From Acidobacteriota bacterium (lineage in GTDB: Bacteria; Acidobacteriota; UBA6911): a stretch of DNA of 64,000 bases. A model generated the notes under the pieces. It had not been told where the DNA came from. It saw nothing but the letters and a program-made list of their open reading frames with translations, and searched no databases. The DNA is taken from contig JAFGIY010000118.1 of assembly GCA_016929335.1 (NCBI GenBank), forward strand, positions 34,494 through 98,493, written 5' to 3'. Below are positions 49,812-60,739 of this stretch, piece by piece. How positions within the stretch are numbered: position 1 is the stretch's first letter; each line of letters starts with the position of its first letter. Both the position numbers and the translations under genes were made by a program.

Positions 49812-51281
49812 GTGAGCAATGTGAATCATAAAGAAGTTCACGTTGGAAGGCGCGATTTTATAAAGGCAACCGCTATTGCAGGCGTTGCTGTGAATTTGCC
49901 GGGGGCAAAGCTTGTCGCTCAGAACACCGAAGGCCCACCCAAGGCAAAACACGGCGGGGCTAAAAAGAAACTGCTTTGCCTGACCGACAATCAGATCGTC
50001 CATGAGCGATTGATTGAATCGATACGGTCACTGCCCGCAACTGATCTTCTTATCTCGCATATCAAAGCTAATTATCAAAGGCCGCAAGAAATCATCGATA
50101 CCGTTCGGAGCCATGGCCCTGATTTTCTGTTCATGAGCCTGCCGCTCTTTACCTTCAATTTCGGAGCTCTTTACGATTCCATGGGTGACTTGGATGCACC
50201 TGTAATCATACTTTCATCCAATCCTGAATTGAGTATGATCGATGCGAATCTTGCAGCATCACTTCGCGGCAACGGAGCCAACGTCACATTCACCATTTCG
50301 GAGGCACAGGCGCTTGAAGCGGTGAGAATTGCAGTCTCACCCAGAATTCTGGAAGGCAAGCGAGCCGTCCTTTACGGCAAACCATTTAATTCAACCACTG
50401 TTCCGTCGCGCAACTTGACCGAGGGCTATGTATATGAACGCACGGGAGTCAGGATTCAGCATCGTCCGCTCGAAGAATTGACGGAGCTTTTGAAGGGAGT
50501 CAACGAATCTGCGGCCAGGAGCGAAATGGAACGATGGGAAAAAGAGGCCGCAGAAGTCATTCGAGTCTCAGACAAGGCGATTCTCGATGCGTGCAAGCTG
50601 TACATCCTGCTGCGTTCCATCATGGAGAAGGAAGGATTATCCGCTGTTTCAATTGATTGTCTGGGCTTTACAATGAATCCCAATCCGGTATTGCCTTATC
50701 CGTGTCTCGCATTTGCCCGGCTGCGAGATGAGGGATTAACGGCTGCCTGTGAATCGGATCTATGCGGATTGTTGTCCTCCATGTTTATGCAGGAAATCAG
50801 CGGAAAGCCCTCTTTCATGTGTAATGTGGTTTCGGTGAAGGTACCGAGTTCAATCATCATCTTGAGTCACTGTGTCGCTCCTTTGAAACTGAACGGAGCG
50901 GACGCTGCTCCAATGAGGTACAGACTCCATGATTATCATAATTTCGGGAGAGGCGTTGTGCCGGAAGTTGAGTTCCCCGTAGGGGCGGAGGTCGTTACAG
51001 GCGGATTCAGCAAGAACCTGAGAAGCTTTTCCGTATGGCCCGGCCGCATTCAATCGCAGGCGAAGAACACGGATTCCTCATCCGGCAAAATGCTCATGCT
51101 CAATGTCTGTGCAAATACCATGGAAGTGAGAATAAGGGACGCGGAGCATTTTCTACAGAATATCACAGGGATTCATCACATCATGGTCATCGGGAACTAT
51201 GCCAAAGAGATCGAGGATGCGTTGCATACAATGAATATGGATATTGACCGGCCTTCCGATCTTACCCCGCCCGATCTGTAG
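49812..51281 (+). CDS. L-fucose/arabinose isomerase-like protein with twin-arginine leader
   Basis: GRRDFIK; IDC, PCL, ACESD, HCVAP, GIHH. Confidence 0.7.
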   Translation: MSNVNHKEVHVGRRDFIKATAIAGVAVNLPGAKLVAQNTEGPPKAKHGGAKKKLLCLTDNQIVHERLIESIRSLPATDLLISHIKANYQRPQEIIDTVRSHGPDFLFMSLPLFTFNFGALYDSMGDLDAPVIILSSNPELSMIDANLAASLRGNGANVTFTISEAQALEAVRIAVSPRILEGKRAVLYGKPFNSTTVPSRNLTEGYVYERTGVRIQHRPLEELTELLKGVNESAARSEMERWEKEAAEVIRVSDKAILDACKLYILLRSIMEKEGLSAVSIDCLGFTMNPNPVLPYPCLAFARLRDEGLTAACESDLCGLLSSMFMQEISGKPSFMCNVVSVKVPSSIIILSHCVAPLKLNGADAAPMRYRLHDYHNFGRGVVPEVEFPVGAEVVTGGFSKNLRSFSVWPGRIQSQAKNTDSSSGKMLMLNVCANTMEVRIRDAEHFLQNITGIHHIMVIGNYAKEIEDALHTMNMDIDRPSDLTPPDL

Positions 51282-51517
51282 GAGAATAGCGGCGCGATTT
51301 ATACAAAGCGCAGCGGCATAAGCAGTATGAATGAAGCAGCCGCGGGCACGACCCGGATTTGCCTCAAGGTCTCAAAGACAAGCAGCCGCCGATTTCACAG
51401 ATTCAAAATGATTTATGCAGGTGCGGGCATCCGGTCCTGTTTGATGATCTGATCCGGTGAAATAAGTGAAATCCTCTTTTCTCCCGGCAGATGCAGGAAA
51501 CAGTTGGACGTATTAAA

Positions 51518-53065
51518 CTAGCTCCAGGCTTTCTCTGCGGCAGCCCGCTCGCCCGCAATGCGACCAAAGACAATGCATTCAAGGATGTTGCCGCCGCCCT
51601 GATAATGCCAGCTGTAGACAGCTCCCAATTCTCCGGCCGAATAAAGCCGTGGAATCGGTTTGCGATCCGTATCCAGTACTTGAGCGTTGCCGTTGCGCCG
51701 TGGCCCTCCCTGAGTATTTGTGAAGGCCGGCACGAATTCAGCGGCGTAGTAGGGCGGTGTTTGAATCGGCGCCATCTTTTTGGGATCCCGGCCGAACTCC
51801 GGATCATTGCGTACAGCACAAGCCTTGTTCCAGGCATCAACGGTTTTTTCGAGCGCAGCCGGATTTTTGCCAATTTTTGCGGCTAATTCCTTCAGACTGT
51901 CTGCCTTGACGATCCAGCCCTTTTCGATTTCTGCGCTGCTGTCCGGACTCCACTTATAATCTTCCATCTGAGACCACCAGCAGAAGAAATAATCCCGCGG
52001 GTATAGCGGCCCGCTCTTTCTCATCGTTTCGTCAAAGACAAGGTGAACAGGAAGCGGAGCGGGTACGTGAATGTAGACACCGTGAAACGGTATCTTGCCA
52101 TGCTTCGTGAAATAGGTTTCATTGGTAAACCGGGTGGCATCTTTGGCAATCCAGATCCAGCCGTTTCCCGGAGGAGAGAAGTTATACCCGAATGCCCAAT
52201 CCTTGCCTGGAATCCTGAAATTAAAGTCAGGCCCCGCCTGGTTGTCCATGTGCCAGAGATCCGCCCCGATCGCCATCGCCATCCGGATCCCATCTCCTGT
52301 ATTGTAAGGACTCCCCTTGGGGTATCCGCAAGGCATCCCGAGATAATCGCGGATCATCTCCTGGTTGTTTTCAAAACCTCCCGTACAGAGAACCACGGCC
52401 TTCTTTGCCTTAACGTATAGTTTCTTGCCTTTGTTTTCCGCAACCACACCCCGGATCTCTCCGGTTTTGACGTCTCGAATCAATTCCACGGCAGGCGTTT
52501 CATAGAGGACCCTGACTTTTCTCTTTTTAAAGGCGTTCTCCATCAGCAGGAGCCACAGGCGCTGAAATCCGTTGCCCTTCGTGGACCAACAAACGTATTC
52601 GGCTCCGCCCGGAAAGTCCGGATATTCGCCCTGTGTCGGAATCGTCCTCATGTCCGCGCCCATTTTTGTAAGCCAGTCGGTCACATGGATCGAGCGTTCG
52701 TGGAAAGCCTGAGTGACATCGTCCGGAATGGGAAAACCGTCACTCATCGCTTTTTGATACTCGATCGCCTTAGTCGAATCGGAAGGGCACCAGTATCCCT
52801 GACCGCTGACGCGTGTATTTCCACCGGCATGAGCCTCCGGTGCTTTTTCAAGCATCAGAACATCGTCTCCCTGGTCATAGGCTGTTATCGCGGTCATGAG
52901 GCCGGCGGCCCCGATGCCGAGCACGACAACGCCGGCTTCATAATCCCATTTCTCAACCTGACTGAATTGAGTTGCTTCGGCTCTGACTGTACCAAGCCCC
53001 GCCAGCGTAGCTGAGCCCATTCCCGTTGCGGTAGATTTGAGGAAGCATCTTCTTGATGTTTTCAT
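51518..53065 (-). CDS. Tat-exported FAD-dependent oxidoreductase (flavocytochrome c flavin subunit/KstD-like)
   Basis: SRRCFLK; GIGAAG, GGNT, TGGFE, NTGDG, TQGG, LYSAGE, GRIAG. Confidence 0.9.
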   Translation of the reverse strand: MKTSRRCFLKSTATGMGSATLAGLGTVRAEATQFSQVEKWDYEAGVVVLGIGAAGLMTAITAYDQGDDVLMLEKAPEAHAGGNTRVSGQGYWCPSDSTKAIEYQKAMSDGFPIPDDVTQAFHERSIHVTDWLTKMGADMRTIPTQGEYPDFPGGAEYVCWSTKGNGFQRLWLLLMENAFKKRKVRVLYETPAVELIRDVKTGEIRGVVAENKGKKLYVKAKKAVVLCTGGFENNQEMIRDYLGMPCGYPKGSPYNTGDGIRMAMAIGADLWHMDNQAGPDFNFRIPGKDWAFGYNFSPPGNGWIWIAKDATRFTNETYFTKHGKIPFHGVYIHVPAPLPVHLVFDETMRKSGPLYPRDYFFCWWSQMEDYKWSPDSSAEIEKGWIVKADSLKELAAKIGKNPAALEKTVDAWNKACAVRNDPEFGRDPKKMAPIQTPPYYAAEFVPAFTNTQGGPRRNGNAQVLDTDRKPIPRLYSAGELGAVYSWHYQGGGNILECIVFGRIAGERAAAEKAWS

Positions 53066-53547
53066 AATTCCTTCCTTTGTTCCGGCCGGTTGCCAATGAG
53101 TGAGTCTGCCCTTTTCTCGCGAATAGCGAAAAACACAAAATATACATCGCTTGCTTTGCGCTTCTGGTAGATAGTCCCGTGCTATTTACGCCAGGTGTAT
53201 TGCCTATAATTGTACAGAGGGCAGGCTATAAAAGCTATTAATGCATTGTCAAGAATTATGTCACAGATTTGTGACATCCATTGTGTTAGAGTGTTGGCTC
53301 CAGGCAGCCATGAGGAAATATGCGGGCCTGAGACTGGGAAGCAGCAGGGCCTGATTGGGGGAATTGCCTCTGGATTATTGCGATGGCATGAAAGCCAATT
53401 GCAGGGCTCATAATAATAACTGCGCTGGAGCTTATTGAGGAGATTGTAAAGGCTGCCGCGGCTCAGATAACAAAAAACGCTACGACATTTGAGACAATGC
53501 CGGGTATCTTCCGGCTCTGTTTGAAAACCATCCATTTCAAGGTAGTT

Positions 53548-54447
53548 ATGAAGACAATTGCGTTGGGATTTATTGCATCGCTTTTACTGATTACATCCGC
53601 AACCATTCATGCCGGGAGCCAAACGCGGGCTGCGCAGCTCCAGTCTACGGCGGAAATAATGACTTACCCGATGAATGTGTTCCGCCGTTTTCCCGGTGAT
53701 GCCAAGCCGATTTATGACTTTTATGGAAAGGCTCTGGGACTCAAACAGCTGACGACCTACAACCTTGGCGGCAACACCAATGTTGCAAGATTCGAAATCG
53801 GTTCTACACAGCTTAAGTTCACCGCGGTTGTGCCGAATCGAAAATATCAACAAGGAGCGGTACAGGGTGCGACCGGGATGCGCCTTCTCACCTTTTTATT
53901 CCCGGATCAGGCTCCAGTGACAAAGAGATTTCGGGATAATGGCTTTGCGGTTCCGGAATTTCTGCTGATTCCCGGAACAGGAAGAAGCAGCGCGCTTGTT
54001 CAGGACCCTGCCGGGCAATGGGTTGAACTGGTTATAGCTGCCGACGAGCCGGCTGCCGTTTATAGCCAGGTCGAAATCGGCCTTGTTGTTTCCGATATCG
54101 AGATGAGCCGGAAGTTCTATCGCGACTTCATAGGGCTCGAGGAACTCCCGGCTGTAAAAGATACAATCTTTAATATAACAAAGTACCCTTTCAGACATGG
54201 ATCGGTGATCGTGAGCCTCCGCTGTCTCGGCAAGCCTGTCCCTGCAGATACAGGAAGCGGCGGAATCCAATACGTGGTCTCCGATGTAAAAGCAGTTCAG
54301 GATCTGGCGGAAGCGAGGCATGTAAAGATCAATCAACCGGTGAATACTCTCAGCGGTTATGGGCTTCGATTTGTTTGGCTTGAAGACCCGGATGGAATCA
54401 CCAACTATTTTGCTGAAATTGCGGCAAGTCCTTCGAAGAAGCGGTAA
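53548..54447 (+). CDS. Secreted tandem VOC/glyoxalase-fold protein
   Basis: Signal peptide; FYGKALGL..DPAGQWVE and FYRDFIGL..DPDG repeats. Confidence 0.8.
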   Translation: MKTIALGFIASLLLITSATIHAGSQTRAAQLQSTAEIMTYPMNVFRRFPGDAKPIYDFYGKALGLKQLTTYNLGGNTNVARFEIGSTQLKFTAVVPNRKYQQGAVQGATGMRLLTFLFPDQAPVTKRFRDNGFAVPEFLLIPGTGRSSALVQDPAGQWVELVIAADEPAAVYSQVEIGLVVSDIEMSRKFYRDFIGLEELPAVKDTIFNITKYPFRHGSVIVSLRCLGKPVPADTGSGGIQYVVSDVKAVQDLAEARHVKINQPVNTLSGYGLRFVWLEDPDGITNYFAEIAASPSKKR

Positions 54448-54728
54448 TGCATGATTTTGATTCTTCTAATCTTGGAGTCTTTAAACCATTATAAGTAAAA
54501 AAAATGAGCTCCAAAACTCAAAGGCTCCAGGCCCCGAAGGATATGAAGAAGCAGATTTCGGGTAGTATTTCAGTTGATTCTTAGCAATGTACTTCCAATG
54601 ATGCCGTTTCGTAGTAAGATTCCAAACAGGTGGGCCTTTGTTGTATTTATATCACCGAAGAGGATGGTTATTGTTGACCCAATAAACGTAAGTACACATC
54701 ACAAAATCCTGAACAGAGAAAGCGACAT

Positions 54729-55346
54729 ATGGAAAGAAGAGATTTTTTTAAATTAGGCTTAGCGGCCGGAGTCGGTACGATGGCTTTTACCAACAATGCG
54801 TCGGCGCTGGATTACTATCCTACGCCATCAGACAAGAAATGTGCCGTGCTCTTCGCGACCTGGTGCGGGAGTTCTCGAGATGCCGCAGTATGGATCTCGG
54901 AAGGCATGGGCGGGATCGCCGACGTCTTCGATGTGCGCGAAAATCCCGATCTGAAGTCATTTGATCACATTGTCATTGGAGGTTCCATTCGATCGGGTGT
55001 AACACGCAAAGAGCTGCAGGACTACATCACAAAGAATAAGGGAGCTCTTAAGAATAAGATCAAAGCGCTGTTTGCAGTATGCGGCAATGGAGAAAAAGCA
55101 GTCGGTCCGGCGCAGAAAACCGCCCTTATCGACAATCATCTGGCTAAATTGTGCGAGGTCGGCAATATTCCATCAAGGGTGTTTAATGGCAGGATCACCA
55201 AAGCCCTGCTGGATCCCGCAACACGCAAAAGGATGGAGGAAATGTATCCCAATTTTGCGGGCAAGCAACTGGAAGATTACGACCTTCTCAAACGCGCCGA
55301 TTGTCTGGCGTTTGGCCGAGAGATCCTGGCCGGCATGAAGCAATAG
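54729..55346 (+). CDS. Flavodoxin-like (HemG-type) domain protein with twin-arginine leader
   Basis: ERRDFFK; ATWCGSSRDAA, FDHIVIGGSI, LFAVC. Confidence 0.8.
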   Translation: MERRDFFKLGLAAGVGTMAFTNNASALDYYPTPSDKKCAVLFATWCGSSRDAAVWISEGMGGIADVFDVRENPDLKSFDHIVIGGSIRSGVTRKELQDYITKNKGALKNKIKALFAVCGNGEKAVGPAQKTALIDNHLAKLCEVGNIPSRVFNGRITKALLDPATRKRMEEMYPNFAGKQLEDYDLLKRADCLAFGREILAGMKQ

Positions 55347-55452
55347 GGCAATTCTGAAGTGAGGGTTCAAAGACTCCGGGCAGCTTCCGGAATTATCCGG
55401 GCCTCGATGTTTCATTGCGTCCCACGGTGACCTTTGACTCTGAGCAGAATCT

Positions 55453-56400
55453 CTATAGGATGACCCCTGCGAGGATTCTGGCGGTCTCCAGACCTATCGG
55501 ATCCAGTTCCATCTGTAAAAGAATAAGACGTGAACTCCGCTGCAATTGCCCCGGCACGCTTTTGCGGGCGCCCGGGGACACCAGTATGCGATCATATTCA
55601 GAATCGCTCAGCAGGAGACCGAAATCGGCCACTTTGCTGATTGCCATCCAGGAGATGTTTGCTTCTTTGCATTTCATCCATTTGCGCAATTGCTCAACGA
55701 TGAAGCGAGCGCTCGATACCGCATGATCGGGAAGGAGAAGGAGTATGGAAGAGGCTCTTATTTTTTCAAGCGCCCTGATCGTATGTTCCGTGTAATAAAT
55801 CTCAATGGGAACAATATCAACTTTCTTTCCGCGAGACACCTGGCGAATATTATCGGCATAGAGATGGTTAACGAGAATCTTTCGGAGTTTGCTGCCATGG
55901 CCGAGAGCGAGTATGAATTCCTCTTCAGACAAGCCGACTACGCATGCGTGCCATAGCCGGGACACCTGTTCCGCCCTTCGAAGAGCCGTTTCTTTATCCG
56001 AATCAACGTAAGCGATAAACGGGGATCTGCGCTCATCTTCCTGCACATGCCGGCTGAGATATCTGCCAAAAGCGATTGGAGATATTCCGATCTGCCGGAC
56101 TCGCTTGCTGATGTCCTTGCTCAGTTGCTGGCATTTTTTGTTGATAGAATCCGGCGCTGCCGCGGATACGGCAACTGCTATCCTCTTGCCGGGAGCCGGA
56201 GAAAGCAGCCCAGACCGATACAGGGCCAGATACGCTCTGTGAATCTGGCCTCGATTTATGCCCGTCTGCTTTTCGACTTCGCGAATCGGCGGCAGGATGT
56301 CGCCTCTCTTAAGAACTCCCATAGCAATGGAGAGTTTGATCTGTTCCTGAATCTGTTTGATAAAGGGGACAGGGCTGTTCTTTTCAATCTGGAATTCCAT
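55453..56400 (-). CDS. GntR (YtrA-like) transcriptional regulator with C-terminal extension
   Basis: SPVPFIKQI..QIK..I..G.LKRGD.LPPIRE...RAY. Confidence 0.85.
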   Translation of the reverse strand: MEFQIEKNSPVPFIKQIQEQIKLSIAMGVLKRGDILPPIREVEKQTGINRGQIHRAYLALYRSGLLSPAPGKRIAVAVSAAAPDSINKKCQQLSKDISKRVRQIGISPIAFGRYLSRHVQEDERRSPFIAYVDSDKETALRRAEQVSRLWHACVVGLSEEEFILALGHGSKLRKILVNHLYADNIRQVSRGKKVDIVPIEIYYTEHTIRALEKIRASSILLLLPDHAVSSARFIVEQLRKWMKCKEANISWMAISKVADFGLLLSDSEYDRILVSPGARKSVPGQLQRSSRLILLQMELDPIGLETARILAGVIL

Positions 56401-56853
56401 AGCATCTGCAATAGATCAAAAGATAGTGACCTGCATAAAATTAAGAGCTTGCGTAACACATTATGCGCCACTGCCTTCGGCTTCCGAATATCGCCACAGA
56501 AGCAATATTGGCGGCAACACAAACCGTGGATCCTTGTTGCGCGGCATGCATGCTGGCACAGACTCATAGGCAAAGTCAATTACGGGCTATAACAGGTTCC
56601 TGTGCGGATAGAGTCTTTATCTATGATTCCTTTGCATTTTGCAAAGAAGTTAAACTATGAAAAAATTTCTGAAACCATGCGCACCTGGCAGGAAAGCTGA
56701 CTGCTGAAAGCTGCCAGCGGGCGGCCTCAAATAGTCTATAAAAATTCGGCTGCGGCCACAGGCCGCACCGGGGGATTAAGAGAATCCCGCATGAGTCAAG
56801 GTTGTGTGTGCTTGTGATGCTTACCGTAGATATCCGGTCGATGGGCCTGCTTC

Positions 56854-57110
56854 TTAATCAATTTTCTTCTTGCGGGTGATCCATTGCAGATCGACGCAGA
56901 GACGGCACTTGTCACCCTCGAACATCCTCGCCGACTCTTTGTTTCCCTTCAATTGCCCGTTCAGCCATGAAAGCGTAACCTTGCCGAAAGCTCCGCCATC
57001 GGAATCATGCAGGCGCCACCATGGCCAATTCCCTTCTGGCAGGCACGAAATACCGGCATGTGACCGGTTTTTCAAAGTCGTCATTTGCGTTTGCAAAAGC
57101 AATGTCGGAA
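56854..57110 (-). pseudogene. Frameshifted C-terminal remnant of an alpha/beta hydrolase
   Basis: Three frames join: SDIAFANANDDF / PVFRACQKGIGHGG / DGGAFGKVTLSWLNGQLKG...CRLC...WITRKKKID*. Confidence 0.55.
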
Positions 57111-57122
57111 TCATCAGCAAAT

Positions 57123-58079
57123 CTATTTGAGTCTGCAGCGGTCGAAAAACTTGAAAATATCCGGCAGCACCAGGGGGATCATGCCGCCGTGATCGGCATT
57201 CACCTCCATATATTCCAGTTTGAAGCCGCGCTCTTTCATCCAGGCCAACATGGCCCGGCTTCCGGCGAGCGATGGCGTGGCGCCCGTTCCTTCCGTCATG
57301 AAGACGGGCATTTTCCGTATGCTGTCCCACGGATAGTTCATTTCATCTACAAATGGCCCCGACATGGGCGCAATCCCAGCCCAGTACTGGGCATACTTTG
57401 CGCCGAGATACCACGTGCCGCCACTTCCCATGGAATGCCCGGCGAGAAACATCGCGGAGCGATCCACGGGATACTCGTTGAGCACAATCTCGATTACATG
57501 GATGACATCTTTCTCGCTGAGCTCCAAAATCCGTTCCCGTTCCTTATTCACAGCAGACCGCTGTTGCGCCGCTGCTTCCGGATTCCCAAAGACGGCCGGG
57601 AGACGCAGAGGTGTGCCGAAGGCGCCTAAGGGCGAGTATCCTAATGGCGACACCAGAATATAGCCATGCTGCTCGGTCAGACGGATAAGCTGTTTGTCGT
57701 TCGCATCCAAATAGCGGTTTTCGTCCGATCCGCCGCCGTGCAGGAATACGATCAACGGCAACCGTGACTTGCCGTCCCACGATGTCGGGACATACAGACG
57801 GTAGGGCATGTCCGCATTGGCCGCAGGAAAATGATATTTACGGCGGAGATCGCCTTTGGCGCGCCACTGAGGATCACCGGGAGAGGCAATGCTTTTTGCC
57901 AGCGCCTGAGATTCGCGGATCTGCTCCTGAGAATCAATAGAACAACCAAACGCTATCGTTAAGGGCGTCTGTGCGCACAGCAGTGTTGCCGCAAATCCGG
58001 CAATCAGAAGCATGCACACCGGCAATATCCTATCCCGGAAAGATATTGGATTCATCATAATCAGCGTCCCCCTTTTCAT
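57123..58079 (-). CDS. Secreted alpha/beta hydrolase (esterase)
   Basis: PYRLYVP, FLHGGG, GHSMG nucleophile elbow, DHG; start probably a later Met. Confidence 0.88.
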   Translation of the reverse strand: MKRGTLIMMNPISFRDRILPVCMLLIAGFAATLLCAQTPLTIAFGCSIDSQEQIRESQALAKSIASPGDPQWRAKGDLRRKYHFPAANADMPYRLYVPTSWDGKSRLPLIVFLHGGGSDENRYLDANDKQLIRLTEQHGYILVSPLGYSPLGAFGTPLRLPAVFGNPEAAAQQRSAVNKERERILELSEKDVIHVIEIVLNEYPVDRSAMFLAGHSMGSGGTWYLGAKYAQYWAGIAPMSGPFVDEMNYPWDSIRKMPVFMTEGTGATPSLAGSRAMLAWMKERGFKLEYMEVNADHGGMIPLVLPDIFKFFDRCRLK

Positions 58080-58179
58080 TTCCGGGTTAACTCGCGCACA
58101 CCGACCTCATCATGAAAGCATGCATAATTTTGCCTCGATGAATCGTGGTTCTCGACGAACAAGCATCCATTCCTATCGA

Positions 58180-59409
58180 TCAGGCCTTGGCCGCCTGCTC
58201 AACCTGTCTTTTTTCCGTGTGGCGTTTGAGAAGCAACAACTCGATCAATGTCAGCAAGGCAATGATCGCCATCATGTACCAGCCTGCGCTGAATCCATTT
58301 GTCCAATCGCGCAACACTCCCAGCATTTGAGGACCCACATACCCGGAGAGTCCCGCTCCCAGGCCCATCAGCCCCATCACATTTCCTGTTTCTCGTCCGC
58401 TCAGCACACTTCCGGCGAGACCATATACCTGATTGGTTGCAGTGAACCCTCCTGCAAGCACTACAGCGGTGGCGATTCGGAATATCAATTCATTTTCGCT
58501 GATCATGGCAAATGAAGCCGGAATTAAAAGCGCTACAAGCGAACTCAGGACAATCCACTTGTTGTAATGATCCATCAGGTAGCCGAAAAGAAGATTCAGG
58601 AAAATGGCACAGAAATAGCCCGTGCTGATCACAAAAGAAGCACCAACGGCATCCATTTTGAAGACTGTGGTTGCAGCGGCAGGAACAAAAAACGTTACGC
58701 TGAAGGCAGCCACACCGACCATTGCCACTAATAAGGCAAGCGCCCAGACAATCGGCGTGCGAAATGCACTCTGCCCTCCATGCGGGGAACTGCCGGTATG
58801 ATGCATTGAGGCATGTCCCCTTTCGCCCGATTTCCGGCGATAGAATACCCAAATGACAAGCGCTCCCAGAATCGCCGCCCATGCAAAAGCCGTCATCCCT
58901 GTCCGCCATCCGAAAGCTTCGCCGATTTTGCTTCCGAAAGGCGCTCCAATCACCGAAGCTAAAGATGCAACCGATCCGAGGAAACCCATGGATGAACCCT
59001 TCAGAGAAGGCGGCGAGGTAAGTGCAATGGCTGTCAGGACGCACACAAAAGCAAATCGGTATGCGCCGATCCACAAAGCGCGGGCAGCGAAGGCGCCATA
59101 AAATCCCGGCGCTCTGCCCAGCATGAATAATCCGAGTCCGACAAGAAAAAGAGCCATAACCAGCACCCTCTTCTCCCCGAAACGTTTTGCCGTGAGGCCC
59201 GCGGGCACACTTAATGCCAATGCCAGCAATCCATACATTCCCGTGAAAAGCCCGATCTGGGTGTAGTTCATGGAGAATTCTTCCTGGATGGCGGGCAAAA
59301 GGGGAGAAAAGCCGAGGCTGGACATCTGAAGGGTCATCATTCCAAAGAGTGTCGCCAGAAAAGGAACAATCCAGGACCGATCCGGGTTCTGCTTTCCCTC
59401 AACTTTCAT
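58180..59409 (-). CDS. MFS transporter
   Basis: About 12 TM; PAG..AKRFGEKR, GYLMDHY, GP..LGVLRD. Confidence 0.9.
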   Translation of the reverse strand: MKVEGKQNPDRSWIVPFLATLFGMMTLQMSSLGFSPLLPAIQEEFSMNYTQIGLFTGMYGLLALALSVPAGLTAKRFGEKRVLVMALFLVGLGLFMLGRAPGFYGAFAARALWIGAYRFAFVCVLTAIALTSPPSLKGSSMGFLGSVASLASVIGAPFGSKIGEAFGWRTGMTAFAWAAILGALVIWVFYRRKSGERGHASMHHTGSSPHGGQSAFRTPIVWALALLVAMVGVAAFSVTFFVPAAATTVFKMDAVGASFVISTGYFCAIFLNLLFGYLMDHYNKWIVLSSLVALLIPASFAMISENELIFRIATAVVLAGGFTATNQVYGLAGSVLSGRETGNVMGLMGLGAGLSGYVGPQMLGVLRDWTNGFSAGWYMMAIIALLTLIELLLLKRHTEKRQVEQAAKA

Positions 59410-59416
59410 GAATACC

Positions 59417-60733
59417 TCAATCCTTGCCCCGCCGAAGTTCAGCGGAGCGTGTCGTCGTGTTATAAAGGCGAGGCAGGACGCGAAGCGTCAGGAAATCGGC
59501 GACCTTCCGGCGCATGGCCTTCGGATCCCAACCTCGGGCATCAACCATGTCGGCAATCACGGGAAGCACAGGAATTCCGGCTTCCTCCAGGCCGCGTTCA
59601 ATAAAACGATTGCCTGTTGCAGCCGGTCTTGTTCCCAGGGGCGTGAGCACAAGAGCAGCGTCGATTCTATGTTTTCTGGCCTGATGAACAATCCATTCGT
59701 TGGCCCAGGGAGGATTGTGCAATTGCTCATTCATGCTGACCGTGCGGCTGGCCAGTGCCAGCAATGGATCGTCCAGACCATAGCGGATATATCCGTCGGG
59801 TCCGAAGGCCAGATACATGGACCACACGAAAACAGCCCCGAATTCCTCCTCAAAAGAAGTGTAAAAATCCGTGTCGTGCCAAAGCCCGGCGCCCACCCAC
59901 ATCAGGCGCAGACGCTCGCCAGAGCATGCCGCCACTCCCTGCCTTACCCGATTTCTGATCTCGTCCCTGAAAGTGCGGGCATGTTCCACCGCCCAGTCGC
60001 CGCCGCGCTCCCACTGTGCAGCCATGACGTTTGCCACCTGTTCGTGCATGCGCACCGGTGTCCTGGGAGCAGAGCAGATCATATGACAGGCTTCTTCGAA
60101 GTATTCTTCCTGGCGATTGACGCGTTCCATCAGGTTGCGCAGCCGATCGATTTGAAATTGCTTTCCGGTGATTCGCTCGAGCACTTTGATAAGGTTCTGA
60201 AACTGCCCTACGGTGAGCTTCAGCCGGTGATCTTCAAACAGCTCCCGCCAGCGATGACGGCTGAGGTCCCACCAGCGCGGCGGCAACTCGGCAGCACCGG
60301 GATTGTCAAGAAACACAAATTCGGATCCAAATGCCTCGGCCCAAATTGCGAAGACCCGTTGAAGACAGTCGCATGTAAGTCTCGCGCAGAGCAATGCCGG
60401 CTTGGGCAACCCGCCCCAGGGAGCGTGCTCCGGATCCTTCGCCAGCGTGGAGGCCGCCGCCAGACTGCAGTAACGGCATAGCCCGTCGTGAAATCCCATA
60501 GAACTGAGAATATCAAGGTAATAGGCCGAAAGACGTTTGGCCGAAATTATGGATGCCCACCACTGGTTGCTGACAGCAGGCATATCCATTACATGGAACA
60601 GCTCAAAAGGCATATCTGCCTGGATAATGGCGTAAGGCCGCTGCCTTTCAAATACATCCTTCCGAAGCTGGGCAAACCAGGATTTCTGATGCTCGGCAGC
60701 TGCCAGCGTGCAATCGAGCTGTTTCTCTGCCAT
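59417..60733 (-). CDS. 2-hydroxyacyl-CoA dehydratase family subunit
   Basis: GLCRYC, LPKP, TCDC, LERITG, RLMWVG, ADMVD. Confidence 0.85.
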   Translation of the reverse strand: MAEKQLDCTLAAAEHQKSWFAQLRKDVFERQRPYAIIQADMPFELFHVMDMPAVSNQWWASIISAKRLSAYYLDILSSMGFHDGLCRYCSLAAASTLAKDPEHAPWGGLPKPALLCARLTCDCLQRVFAIWAEAFGSEFVFLDNPGAAELPPRWWDLSRHRWRELFEDHRLKLTVGQFQNLIKVLERITGKQFQIDRLRNLMERVNRQEEYFEEACHMICSAPRTPVRMHEQVANVMAAQWERGGDWAVEHARTFRDEIRNRVRQGVAACSGERLRLMWVGAGLWHDTDFYTSFEEEFGAVFVWSMYLAFGPDGYIRYGLDDPLLALASRTVSMNEQLHNPPWANEWIVHQARKHRIDAALVLTPLGTRPAATGNRFIERGLEEAGIPVLPVIADMVDARGWDPKAMRRKVADFLTLRVLPRLYNTTTRSAELRRGKD

Positions 60734-60739
60734 GGTCTT

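Noticed and set aside
53290-53480. Cobalamin riboswitch hinted by ACTGGGAAG
   Set aside because: Other conserved B12-element segments were not found.
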